A stretch of 45,488 nucleotides of DNA from Catajapyx aquilonaris (Eukaryota). Made by a program: the position numbers and the translations under genes. The stretch covers positions 1 through 45,488 of the forward strand of contig KZ538840.1 in the NCBI GenBank assembly GCA_000934665.2, read 5' to 3'. Numbering within the stretch: the first letter of the stretch is position 1; each line of letters begins with the position of its first letter. Under the pieces are notes generated by a model. It worked only from the letters and a program-made list of their open reading frames with translations, did not search any database and was not told the origin of the DNA. Positions 19,658 to 31,486 of this stretch are shown here, piece by piece.

Positions 19658-22600
19658 TATAATATGTAGCCTAATATAATAAGAAGGTAATAGCCCAATA
19701 CGTATAGGGCCCTTCCGTGTCAAATGGAGCCGTGCCGTTGAATATCGAGCCTAGCAACCTGAGTCAGCATGAAGAGAAGAATATTTTCACCTGTCGGTAA
19801 GTTTAGTCAGGTTGGGGGGGACCAAAGCGAGGGGGGTGAAAATGGTTGCAGTGGAGTGTGGTTCCGGTGTTTTTTTTTCATTTGGTTTTTTTTTTTGTTA
19901 TAGAGTTTTTGCGTGTCTGCCCTTCCAATACAAGGGGGAAGTTTCGGGTTAGCTGAAGGGAACAGATGGTGACCGTTGAATTTTTCGGTTACGGGTTTAG
20001 TGTTGTCCAAAATTCTGGATATTGGCAGAGTGATATTCAGTTCAATTATTATAGGTTACTGCAATGGCGGTCTATATTATGAATTGACGTTTTTCGGCTC
20101 GTATTAGTAGTTAATACAAGTGTGATAATAACTGTTTCAGTTTAAGTCGAAAAAGTGCTTGAAAGAGACATACACTAGATTTGTAGAAAAAATATCGCTG
20201 CGATTTACCATTTCAAGTCAGGCAATGAAAAAAGTACTGTTCGTAACGTTATCTTTGATATCTGACCGTGCACCAGGCGCAAGGTCGGCTTTGCAACGAT
20301 GTTTGCCTTGGGTCTCCCCCCAGCACGGTTGATTTATAATTCTCCAACAAAGTACTTGTGTGCGGGGGTGGAGTTTTAAAATACGGTCCTCTAATCAGCA
20401 TCCGATGACCTCGTAGGGTTTCCTGGGTGACTGATGAGGACCAAACCTACACACTAGTTATGTTTGTCAGCGCATCTATCACCACTCAATGGGCATGACT
20501 CATAATGAGGGATGGTGATCCCCAGCAAATGGTTGCTGGGAGTGAACAATCTGAATTTTGGCGAAAATATTTGGGGATGGAAGTGGCAAAGTCATAGTCG
20601 AGTAGTTTCAGGGATGTGGTTCAAGAGCATGACACTGAACACCGGGGGGATGAAATGTGCTCAGCCATTGTTTTGGTTGTCTCTCACGGTGCTTACAATG
20701 GTGTGACGGAGGAGGGAGGGGGGTGGATGCCCAAAATGACAGCTCTTGTCATACTCGACGTGATATTGTATCGACACCCTCAGGATATTCCCCCGGTCAG
20801 GTACTTAGTCGACTGATAGTGTTGATGCACCCAACCCGTTTAACCGATCGTTAAGAACTGACTGCATAGTTTACATGGTGCACGGTAATGATGGTAAAAA
20901 GTCTGGTTATTGGAAAGAAATGGCAGAAATGAATTTTCGGAATATTTTTTGATGGAGGTGTTGGTGTCATCTGTATGGCGTTTGGGTGACCGCATCAGTA
21001 CTGTCCACATGTGGCCATGCACGGTACGTCGCATAATTTGCCTGATAATTTAATTGAGTGCATCATCCACTCTTACTGTGGGTTGTGTACACCCCAACGA
21101 ACGTTATTGTGGCTTTGCCAATTTGCCATTTTCACCTAAATTCAGTTTATACATGTGGGAGCTATTAATCTACAGTTAGTTAACTCTCGAATAAACTATT
21201 TGAAAAATATCATTATATAGTCTGCTGTATTGATGCCAGTGCCCCAATTCCCCGGATGCTGCGGCCATGCAGTGACCTCCACTCGTTGCTTCGCCGCCCA
21301 ACAACAATCAGGGATTCTGATCCGCTTCATTGTTGCAGATGCACCACCACAACCACCGGCTGCTGCAGCAGGAGGAGGACGATTCCAACCAGGTTTCTCC
21401 CGGTTGTCACGTGGCCTCTGCGGTTGGCTGGTGAAACTCTTGTGTGGGTAGGACCATTTGGAAAGTGACGCGAAAGTGTGCTCATGTGTGTGTAGTGCAG
21501 AAAGAGAGAGAAAAAATAGTGCGCGAGTGATCTTTTTTTTTTCGTCCCGAAATTAACTGGACCCGCGAGTGACATGGCGTCTGTTGGTGACACCCATGGA
21601 TAGTGGATCACTTTTCGTCTAGTATTCGACCCCCTGGTGAGCAAACATGATTGTGAAAATAAGCGTTACAAATGACGGTGATGTTAATTCGCTGTTATCT
21701 ATGTGAAAATAAGCGTTATAGCCTACAGCGACTTATTTATAACCGCTTTTCAAAATCGCAATATTTGTAGCCAAATTCTTAATTTTTGAAAAAAAAAAAA
21801 AGTTTTTTCCCCCCCAAATCAGATGAAGTTAATATTGTTTATGTGTAGTGCAGACTATTATTTGCAATATGGACGTTGCTGTTGTTGGAAGAGTATGTAT
21901 GGGAGTCACTGGGGGGTGGGTGGAGCTGGGTAATCGACCTTGTGGTCTTAGCCTTCATCACGTCATGCACTCGCGTATGTGCCGGATGCGACTGCCATTT
22001 CAGAAAGGTGATTATGAATGAAGCTTCGTTAACACAAGTGCACCGGAATCTTTTCGTGCACGTCGGATTTCTCTTTTTTTCTTCTTCTTCTTCTTAAAGT
22101 GTACATACATAAAGACGTCAGGCTTGTCTGGAGCACGGATTAGATTAAGATTAGGGCTGAGACAAGGTTGTTGGTAACTAACACGTGACAATGTTTTTCC
22201 GGGTACAGTGTACCTTTAAGTGGATAAAAGGAAACTAAGGAAAATCCGGAAATTACAATTACAAATCTGGTGGAATATACTGTATACATGTCACTGTATG
22301 CATAAACATTAAGTTAATAATAAGCAAAATGTTTGCATAAAAACAATGTGAGCCTTTAAATAAGATTGTTATATATAAGTTGTTGCAATAATATTGTAAG
22401 ACATTTTCTGGAAAGTTTTCCCTCGAAAATGGAACTCAGGTTGTCGTGAAGAATCCAAACTATTTAAGCGCACATATTTCAGACGTGCTTGCGATGATAT
22501 CGAGTTTACAACCGCAAACCTACTCTAGTAGAATAATCGAATTTCACTGACCTGCCACATTAGTTCTAGCAGTGTTCCACAAAACAAGCATCCGAGGCAC

Positions 22601-22891
22601 GTATTATAGGTGTGCTTTTTGCTATTTTGTACCTGATGAAGAACCTTGAGGAATTTTTTGCCCAGATCGATCCGTTTTTGCAGAAAAACTATACTGCGGA
22701 TTTCCAGGAATGTTGAATATAATGTAAGCATTGGAGTTTAATTTTTTTGTGATAATTTATAGATGGCATAATACGTGTACAATAGAATTATTATAGATTC
22801 TGAATTATCAGGAGCACGGTTTCTTCGCCAACAATAATACACCTTTCAGCAGGGAGATTCTTGTTTGAATCACAGTAATAAATTTAGATAA

Positions 22892-23018
22892 CCCTGTAAT
22901 GCCCCTTGGGTCATATCTGGCACACCATTTAGTGCAATTTCTGCAATTTTTATATTTCCTGTAAGTGCCAAATTGCACTAAATGGTGTGCCAGATATGAC
23001 CCAAGGAGAATTACAGGA
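22892..23018. mobile_element. Small palindromic MITE, piggyBac-like termini
   Basis: ATAA|CCCTGTAAT...CCTTGGGTCATATCTGGCACACCATTTAGTGCAATTT with inverse ending ATTACAGGA|ATAA. Confidence 0.65.
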
Positions 23019-26000
23019 ATAATTTAAACTAATAATACTGGAAGTAATTGTCAGAAATATGCAGCTCTTACAGTAGCTTTTGCTGATCGTAATTAATTAG
23101 ATTGCTGATTTTATTTTGAACTTTTATATGTAGGCTGTATTATTATCAGTTTATTTATCGCATATTCATTAACATCTAAGTACAGATTACAGCAGAATCA
23201 CTGAGGCTCATCACTCACATTTTTAAATAGCAGAAGCAGTGTTCGTAAATTACAATATTCCCTATTAAGAATTATTTTATTAATTTTTCTCTCTATAAGA
23301 CTTTGCGAAAAACGACTTTTGCAATAGGTTGCAGTAAATTATTAAGGATTGAGGAGAATCGAAGGAGCCCAGAGCAGCACATGGTGACTCTGTAAGAATC
23401 CAGGTGAACTTGGCATATCCAGTATGTGGACATGACAGCTCCCGCTGCATGTCCAAGTAGGATATGGAACGCATGTGTGACGTACGTGAACCCCTAGAAA
23501 AGTCGGTGGCCTGGATGCAACTCGTGTACAAAACTGGTCAGATTTGGTTTCAAACTTGATTCGAAAAGAAGGAAGGGGGGGGGGGGGGGGGGGGAGAGGC
23601 GCTTAAAACCTGTACTTATTTTACGGGCCATGTATATGCACGATTGCTTCTCTAACAAATGCATGGTGTGGTATATACACATGAAAAGAGTTGGGTGGGA
23701 GGGTGAGTGGGGGGGTGGTCTCAGGAACAAAAGGAAGTGTGGGAAAATATTTTTGTAGGCTTGAGATGAATGCTTAGACACGTTTTCTTTTTAGGAATTG
23801 GAGAAGGGGGCAGAGAGGGTGGAAAATGCGATCGGTTGTCCCAATAGAGAAAAAGTGGAAGTAAACGAGGGAAAGCAAACTTCGTGTGTCATTATAAGTC
23901 ACCCCCCCCCCTCTCCATCTCCCTTCTCTCCCAACCAATTTTATGGATATGATCACAACTCTCTATTGCTCCAGTTCAGTCACTTACTCCTAAAAATTCA
24001 AATATTTCTGTAACAATAATTGGGTTAATTGATCACGTTAGTAGCATTTATCCAACTAACGGACCTGTTGTATGAACGCAAAATGAGGAGAAACTATATG
24101 ATTAAATCGGAATTTTGTATGCTGAATCCATATTCATAATCAGAGATTATATTTTCTCATTTGCATTCATTGGTAAGAGGAGACATTGAGGATTTTTTTG
24201 TTGTTGCCACAAATAAAATGCAATTATTCATTATTAATGCCATGCAGGTCATACATAAAATTATGCAAGAAAGAAGCCACGAAATTTACTATTTTAACGA
24301 CATTATGCGGATAATTGTGCATTTTAGTACAGTAATACCAAATAAATACTTTTGGCGGATTGTATGAAAGAAAATTAACTTCATCACTGGGATAAGGCCA
24401 GTGGTAATGTCTTGGGTAATGTGGAAACATATTTTTATTATTTCTCTGGGAATAAGTGGAAGATCTGTTCCACCCAGATTGAGTAAGTGGAAGGATTACA
24501 CCCTTACACCCAATAAATAAATTAAAGGATTTTTCTGCTGGATTTAATGAGTAGGTAAAAACAAAATAAGGCATTTTAAAAATCTAGATCCTGAGTCTTG
24601 ACGTCATTTTCATTTTAATGGCGGATAAAGTGAATTGATTTTCTATAATAATTTTGGTTGACACCTAAAATATCGAAATGATCATTTTCCGCTCATATTT
24701 GCCGTTTAATATTTTTCGTACATCAGCATATGGAAACTTTTGATCATTTACGTGGGGAAGCACGAGTAGAAACACTTTATAAGTTTATAAAGTGGTAAGA
24801 TTTGTTTTTATTGGAAAATTCACCCCCCTTACACTTACGTTAGTGGAATAAAATGCTCATATTTTTCCACTCAATTAAATGGAGATTGGCCAAGAATGCA
24901 GCAGCAATCCCAATGTTGATATTTCTTGAACCGTGTATCTCATACCCGACGTGTTTTTCAACATAACGGAAACTATGGCCGTAAAACCGACTACGTGTTT
25001 CTCTGTACGCCCCACTTATTTTGTATCCATTATTTTTTTTGCCTCATCGCTTAGTTATAACTCATTATGCAACAAAAATTGAATCCGGGGCAAGTGTCTT
25101 CATATGCAATTATTTTGGCTTACTCGACATCTTGTTAGTGCTCGAGGGCTGTTCCACGAGCAAACAGAACACGCGCTTGACTTTTTTTTCCCCCACTCTG
25201 TGCAAACCGGAGAGTTTAAAAAATCGAGGCCATTGCTGGACTAAAAAAAGGGTGCCAGGCAAATAATTTGTCAAGGACCGTTTCCTTCCTTCTGTTTGAA
25301 CACCTCGAGTGCTGTAGTTGTATTAGAACAATGAGGTAAAGTATGGCTATATAGCCTTTACATATCCTGTTAGAATGATAAATGGGCTCATTTTTTGGTG
25401 TCTGAAACGTAATAGATGCCATTGATTTTGTAATGTACGAGTACAGTAAATTATTCAGCCCGAGACAGACCATTTTTTTGTTGAAAATTGCTCCACTTCG
25501 TTTTATCTCAACCTAATCGTAATAACGCACAAAATTGCCTCCAAACGTCGCCTGTAACAGGTTGAGGCAACAATCGACCACTATAGTAGAAGTTGGCGGA
25601 AATTTTTAGGCCAATTTTCCAAAGAGATTTGGGGTCCAAGGTTAGCTTGGGTAATCACTTCCTGCAAATCCAGCATCGGCGGGATTTTTCGGATAAAACT
25701 TCCATCATCCCCTCCCACCTCTTCTCACCCAACCTTCTTCAGAAAAAAAGGCAACTGCTCCATCCTTAGCCAAGAAGTGAAAGTTGCTGGGACATGCGAT
25801 TATTGGCCCGAGCAAGTCAGCCTACTTTTGCTCGCAAAATATATAAGGCCCCTTCTGTTATACCTACCTTCTCCGATAATTAATTAATCACAAAGCTGTG
25901 CCATTAGAGAGAGGTCATTGGCTGCCTTGAAGAAGAAGAAGAAGGAAAAAAAAAACGATCCTACCGCAACAATAATTGCTGACTCTCCGATTGTAACACC

Positions 26001-26446
26001 CGATCAACTGATTAGAGCAGAGAAAGTTCCCATGGGCATCTTCTTCAGAAGGTTTAGGACACTGCATGGAATTCTTTTCTTCCAGTTCTCATGTTTTCCC
26101 TTTCTTTGCTGGAAATTGCTGCGTTTGAATAACGCGCCCGTTTGTTGTGCACCTATCAATCTCTGTATCGAAAATGAAAGTTGATCAGCTTTTCAGGTCC
26201 GGTTGCAGAAATTATTTTACGACCGGAAAAAGACACAGATAAATTTGGTGACAACAATAACAAACTTTTCTGGCTCTTTTCCAGCCGAGAAATGTTTTCC
26301 GGGACTTGGTGCAATCGGACGTAGTGTATGGAGAGAAAAAAAAGTTTTGGCCTGACGTATATTCTTGCTTCTAACTGGTTGCTTGAATCAACAATATGTA
26401 CCATAACTTTTCCTTATCTTGAATTTGTGTACTTGGACAGTATAAT

Positions 26447-26796
26447 CAGGGAGCATACGTACTACAGCATAAGAGGCGCAAACTTCTGTCGGCGCCTTTG
26501 ATGTCCGCGTCTCTCTGTTTGGAGCCGTTGCCAAGGCTGGCGGCCATTTTGAAGTGTGGGCAACGCCAACGAGGTATAAATAGGGTACAGGCAAAAATGG
26601 TGTCCGCCATCTTTGATGGTTTTGGCGGTCATGGCAACTACACGGCAAGAACACGCGCGAATCAAATATGGCGAAGCCTATTTTTGCCTGTACCCTATTT
26701 ATACCTCGTTGGCGTTGCCCACACTTCAAAATGGCCGCCATCCTTGGCAACGGCTCCAAACAGAGAGACGCGGAAATCGAATGTTTGAGCCTCTTA
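26447..26796. mobile_element. Same MITE family (copy 2, right terminus truncated)
   Basis: CAGGGAGCATACGTACTACAGCATAAGAGGCGCAAAC start; long internal inverted arms; ends at GAGCCTCTTATA. Confidence 0.85.
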
Positions 26797-28661
26797 TACT
26801 ATTAATGTACATTTGGCTGAAGTTGCTAGGATAGATTGCTAGAGTGGGTAAAACTATATAGCGTTCGAATCACATTTTGCAATCAAAGGTGACACCGCTT
26901 CTATCAAAGTGACAGGACTGAGAAATTGAAGGACCACCCTGATTTTTGTGCCAATTTTTACCTCCCACAATTTCGCGAAGGTTATAACGGTACATAGATA
27001 GTCTAGAACTAGTCCGATTCCGGTTTTTGCGGTTTCTTCCTTTAAAAAAAAATCAGCGACACAATTAACAATTGTCTGCGGGATTAAATTTTTCCCACGG
27101 CCTGCAGCCAACTTGTGTAAATATAGACATAAGGAAGAAGGTTCTAACATCTGGGCCAGTTTGACTTTGACCCGAATCTTGTCCGGATCGCTAAGGAGAA
27201 TGCTAATAATTTTTTGCACGAAAAAAATGTATGCCCTTTAACGCTCGAAGGGATTGAAGGGAAGCTCTAAAAATGAACGGGATCGCGGTTGTTTTATTAT
27301 ATTTTCCTCCTGCAAACCAGGTAAAAATCTTTTGTGCATTTCCTTTTCCCCCCAACATCCTTCGTCCTTCTGGATAGTGAATCACTTTTTTTAATAGTCA
27401 CGGTTTGGTGATTCCAGGGATTCACCAGACTCATCTCTACCCACTTGTCGTGTACGCATCTAATTAAGGCGAGTTTACACTGACACGGATTGTTGTTGAC
27501 ATTAATTGGACGGATTGTCGTGCATGGAAAATGAGAACATTTTTATACGTCCTTGCCAGCAGTGCAACGCCTAGTAGTTGAAGTAATTATTTTTAACGTG
27601 TTTAACTGAGGATAATAATGGGTGGGGAGAGAGTGTTCGTACTTGTGTACTTTCGGCAGGTTCAAGGTCATCAGTAAATTCAACAAGTTGTGACTTGATT
27701 CATATTTAAAGTGGGGCTGATACATCAGAATTTGGGTAGACCTATCAAATATTACTATTGCAAAAAATACAAATGTTGGCCTCAATGTAATATAATGATA
27801 TGCAAAATAGGCTGGGGTCTGTGCCTCTGTTTGTCCGAGGTGAGTCATCAGTAGTGTGCGAAGAATAAGGATGTGCCATCTGTGTGAGCGATATTGCCTA
27901 CGTCCACAGTTTATGGGTAGGGCAGTGTTGCCAAGTTTTGGTGTACAGTAATAGTATTATATTATATGGCCTAATATCTCATTTAGCAATTTGGATGGAA
28001 AAGTGCCTGCGAATTGGCAGCTCTGTGATGACATGTCATTTGGGCCTTTTCCCGTGTGAACAGGCCGATCTTGTCCGGATTGATCCGGCTCGCTTCCATG
28101 TCTCCACAATAATGATGAAAAACCAATCGAGGTGTCCTCAACCTTTCCTCCGGAGGTGGGCCTATTGGGTCAGAGGCAGAACTGGTGCGTGGCCAGCCGT
28201 AGAAGGAAACGTGTCTGGTGGTGTTGGGACCCCTGCAAGGCAGAGGAAGGAAGCTGTATAAAACTAATTAATACATGCAATTCCTGGTGCCAGCGAAAGT
28301 AGGGAGGGCATACCCTCCTCCCCCTCCCCTCAAACTTAATCGCAGACTCTGCGGGAGATATTTCGCAGTGAAAGGGACTGAATAAATGAGGTCTATCCCG
28401 TTTTACCGTGATCCGGAGTAACCTTTACCTTGAGGAGGTAACGCGGCCAAATATTTGCACCCGTTCTCTTTTTTGGGGGGATAGTTGAAGGCCGTCTAAC
28501 TTGAGGGAGTCACATAATTGGCAAACCTTCTGGTCAGCAAAAGATGCAAATGAGCCATTCTCGATATCTGTTGCTATATGTGAGATCTGGAATCAATTGA
28601 AAAGTACGCGCCTATCCTACTTAATATTCGCAACTAATATTTCACAAATACAATAACAGTT

Positions 28662-28890
28662 AAATGGACGGTGTTATGCAATAATGAGTCAACCCACATG
28701 AGAACAGTGCACCAGTGTTTTAAATATCACACCTGTTAAATTAATTCAGTGTCCTTTTCGGTCATTAATGGCAGAAGTATGCGGATTTCGCCAGCTTGAT
28801 TTTAAATGAATAAAGTTTGATCCTTTGGGTATATGTTCCTGGGATGAACACAGTTTTGACATTTTTGTGGGTTGACACATTATTGCATAA
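28662..28890. mobile_element. MITE, same family as 5552-5799
   Basis: Direct similarity over ~230 bp (TTAATTCAGTGT.CTTTTCGGTCATT...GGCAGAAGTATGC.GATTTCGCCA). Confidence 0.7.
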
Positions 28891-30794
28891 TATGGTTTTG
28901 AACAAAATGTGGAATTTTCGTCCTACTGCTAGTTACTGCTAAGTTAGCAGTATAGTGAGGTGAAAATTCAACACCACGTGCTTTTTCCTCGCACTGCTAC
29001 TAGTTACTAGTCGGTAACTATAGCAGTGCGACGATAAAATTTCCACCCAATGTCTTTGAATTCCGTCCTAAGTAGCTCAGAGCAAGAAGTGGTTAACTGA
29101 AACACCACACCAGCCTCAATGCGTTTGCAATTCAGTACATGAATCGCTAATTTTTTTGGCTCAAGTTTGGCGCAAACCCTGCGGCAAATGAAGAATAAAG
29201 TTCTGCAAGTATGTTCCTGTGCCGAGGGTTGGATAAAAGGGCGTTGAACTCCTTCACGTGCAATTTTCCTGGCCGTGGATCAAATGTTGGGATAATTGCA
29301 ATGCGCTGTTTCCGCACGTGTCGATGATGTACCGTCCGTTACCGGTGGAAGAAACACCAGCTATGCCAATTGCTACCTCCACGGTATATATTTTTTCTGC
29401 ATATTTTTTTTTCTTTCTTAATCCGAGTGACGTGAGAAAGTGTCTCCTGTGGGCCCCTGAGATGCATCTTTTGTGCTCCCGATTTTTGCAAGTGAAATCG
29501 CATATTTTCTTGCGAGAGGTCGATTCGTACACTGCGACATGGATTGGAACTGGAGCATGTGCAGATTTGCATACTTGGTCTTTGTGTATTGGAGGAATGC
29601 AAGCGCTGTTGCCAATTATTTTGCAATGAGTGCCACTTGTTGCGCGTCGCCAGGAATGGTGGACATCGGCCTTGCGACTCCTGCGCCCATAAGCTACATA
29701 GGGTTTGAAGTGTAAAACAGCTGTAACTCGGTTAATTTTGATCGAATTAATTTTATTTTTCAATGTGTATGAAGGTAATAGACTCCTGCATACCCTGGTG
29801 ACTCTAAAAAATTAATATTGCAATTATGTTTGGGAGATAATGGTGTCTCATTCCGCTTATGAGGTTTTGCGTTGCATTTTGCTCTTGGGCCCGAAAAAGC
29901 TACTTTCAATTGAGATATTTCATTGATCTCAAAATGTGTATGAAATATACGATGTGTGTGACAAAATGGCTATTCCATATTTAAGATTGGTCCACAAAGT
30001 AGTGAGATCCTGGTGTCTCTTTCCGTCAGAGAACTCTGGTTCATCCCGTACAAATGATCGTCCGCCTCCTATCGGTGGTAATATGAAACACTGGCAGAAT
30101 GTCCACCATTCCTGGCGACGGATGAAAATGAGTTATTCTGTACAAACAATCAAGGTCACATCCACTTCCGATTGTTGTCTTCCCTTTAAATTGAATGGGT
30201 AATCCGAAATCTGGCAACACTGCCCCTCAGACTGTGGACGTAGTACCATATCTTTCACATAGATGGCTCACCCAGCACACTACTGATGAGTCACCGCGGA
30301 CAAACAGAGGCACAGTACCAAGCCAATTTTAAATGCCCGTGACATTTGCCCGATTTTTAGCAATGTGACACAATTTTGTGCTAATTGCTAAATTGATAAT
30401 AAATTGTAGCGAATTGTATAGGGACACGTCCGACCTGGCAAGAAGTAAATCTGCGTCGTATGATTGGTAGAAAAATACATCAGAGTTATATATTTTGCGT
30501 GCAAAGCCGAGTTCCTGGTGCTGTACCGGTATTACATTAGTATGAATTAATTGCCACGCCATTAATCAAGGGGGCACGTCACAGCCATGGGTTCAAATCC
30601 GGGTGTTATGGATACGGGGAAGCCTAACTTATATTAAACAAGATGGGATTGGGCTGCAGTAAATCCATAGGGCAGATGCTAAGCGGGGCCATAAATTTTT
30701 ACCGGATTATTATTATGTTGTCGTGTGGTCTGAACATTTGTTATTATTATTGCATATTTTCTCTTATTTTCGCAGCAGTGGTCGCCATTGGAGG

Positions 30795-30884
30795 ATGAGT
30801 CTGACTGACGTGACCAACTGCAGAACCATCGATAAGCCCAGAGACCTCTCGAGGACCAGGGACCTCTTCGGACTCCAACTAGAG
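30795..30884 (+). CDS. Coding exon (putative first coding exon) of an unidentified large plus-strand gene
   Basis: Acceptor TTTTCTCTTATTTTCGCAG|CAG at 30775; ATG 30795 MSLTDVTNCRTIDKPRDLSRTRDLFGLQLE; donor GAG|GTGAGA, phase 0. The reading frame may extend upstream of this ATG. Confidence 0.7.
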
Positions 30885-31241
30885 GTGAGAACTTCAGAGA
30901 GAACATTTTTGGTCATAGATCAACCTGCCTTTAACCACATGCTTGAGTCATTGTCCATCCAATTTATGCAAGAGTGATAGTGTGAAGCAGCACTTTCACT
31001 ATCTCCGACACAAAAGGTAATGAAGCTACGTATACGAATCGGGCGAAACGACAAGGGGGTCGTCGTCATGCCCACGGATTAGACGCGCCTGTCATGTTAC
31101 ACTGGACTGTAACTTGTGCAAGTTAAAAGTGTGGGCGCCGGACTTACTTTCTGAAACCGATTTTGGCAATAACTCCACATGTCCTTGGATATGTTCCTGT
31201 CCTCAATCCTGAGAGAGCAATCATTCTGAGACTATAATAAA

Positions 31242-31486
31242 TCTTACCTAATAAAGCAAAAAGTTTGTCTGTATGTCCGGGCTACCTAACCAACTTCCGG
31301 ACTACTGAGAGTCCTGAAGCTTGGCACGCTGATGGTTTACCTGCCGCTGATCGAGGGAAAAGGCCGAAAACTGCACTATCTTGAGTCTAAATGACTGAAA
31401 TTGAGGGTTTTTCCGGTCTGAGGTAATCCCGGCTTATATACTTTACCATGGAAACAGGTCGTGCGAAGAACAGACCCCACTGCTAG
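31242..31486 (+). mobile_element. Non-autonomous Helitron-like element
   Basis: A|TCTTACCTAATAAA start, TGTCCGGGCTACCTAACC shared with the 18927 copy, GTGCGAAGAAC..CCACTGCTAG|T end. Confidence 0.7.

Noticed and set aside
20430..20460. Penelope-type hammerhead CTGATGAGGACC
   Set aside because: No complementary stem II or GAAA core downstream.
29254..29763. 169-aa minus-strand ORF as transposase or gene
   Set aside because: No recognisable motif or convincing splice context.
30284..30310. Hammerhead ribozyme-like CTGATGAGTC...GAC-AAAC
   Set aside because: Lacks the G of the conserved GAAA, and the inverted homolog reads CTGATGACTC, which breaks stem II.
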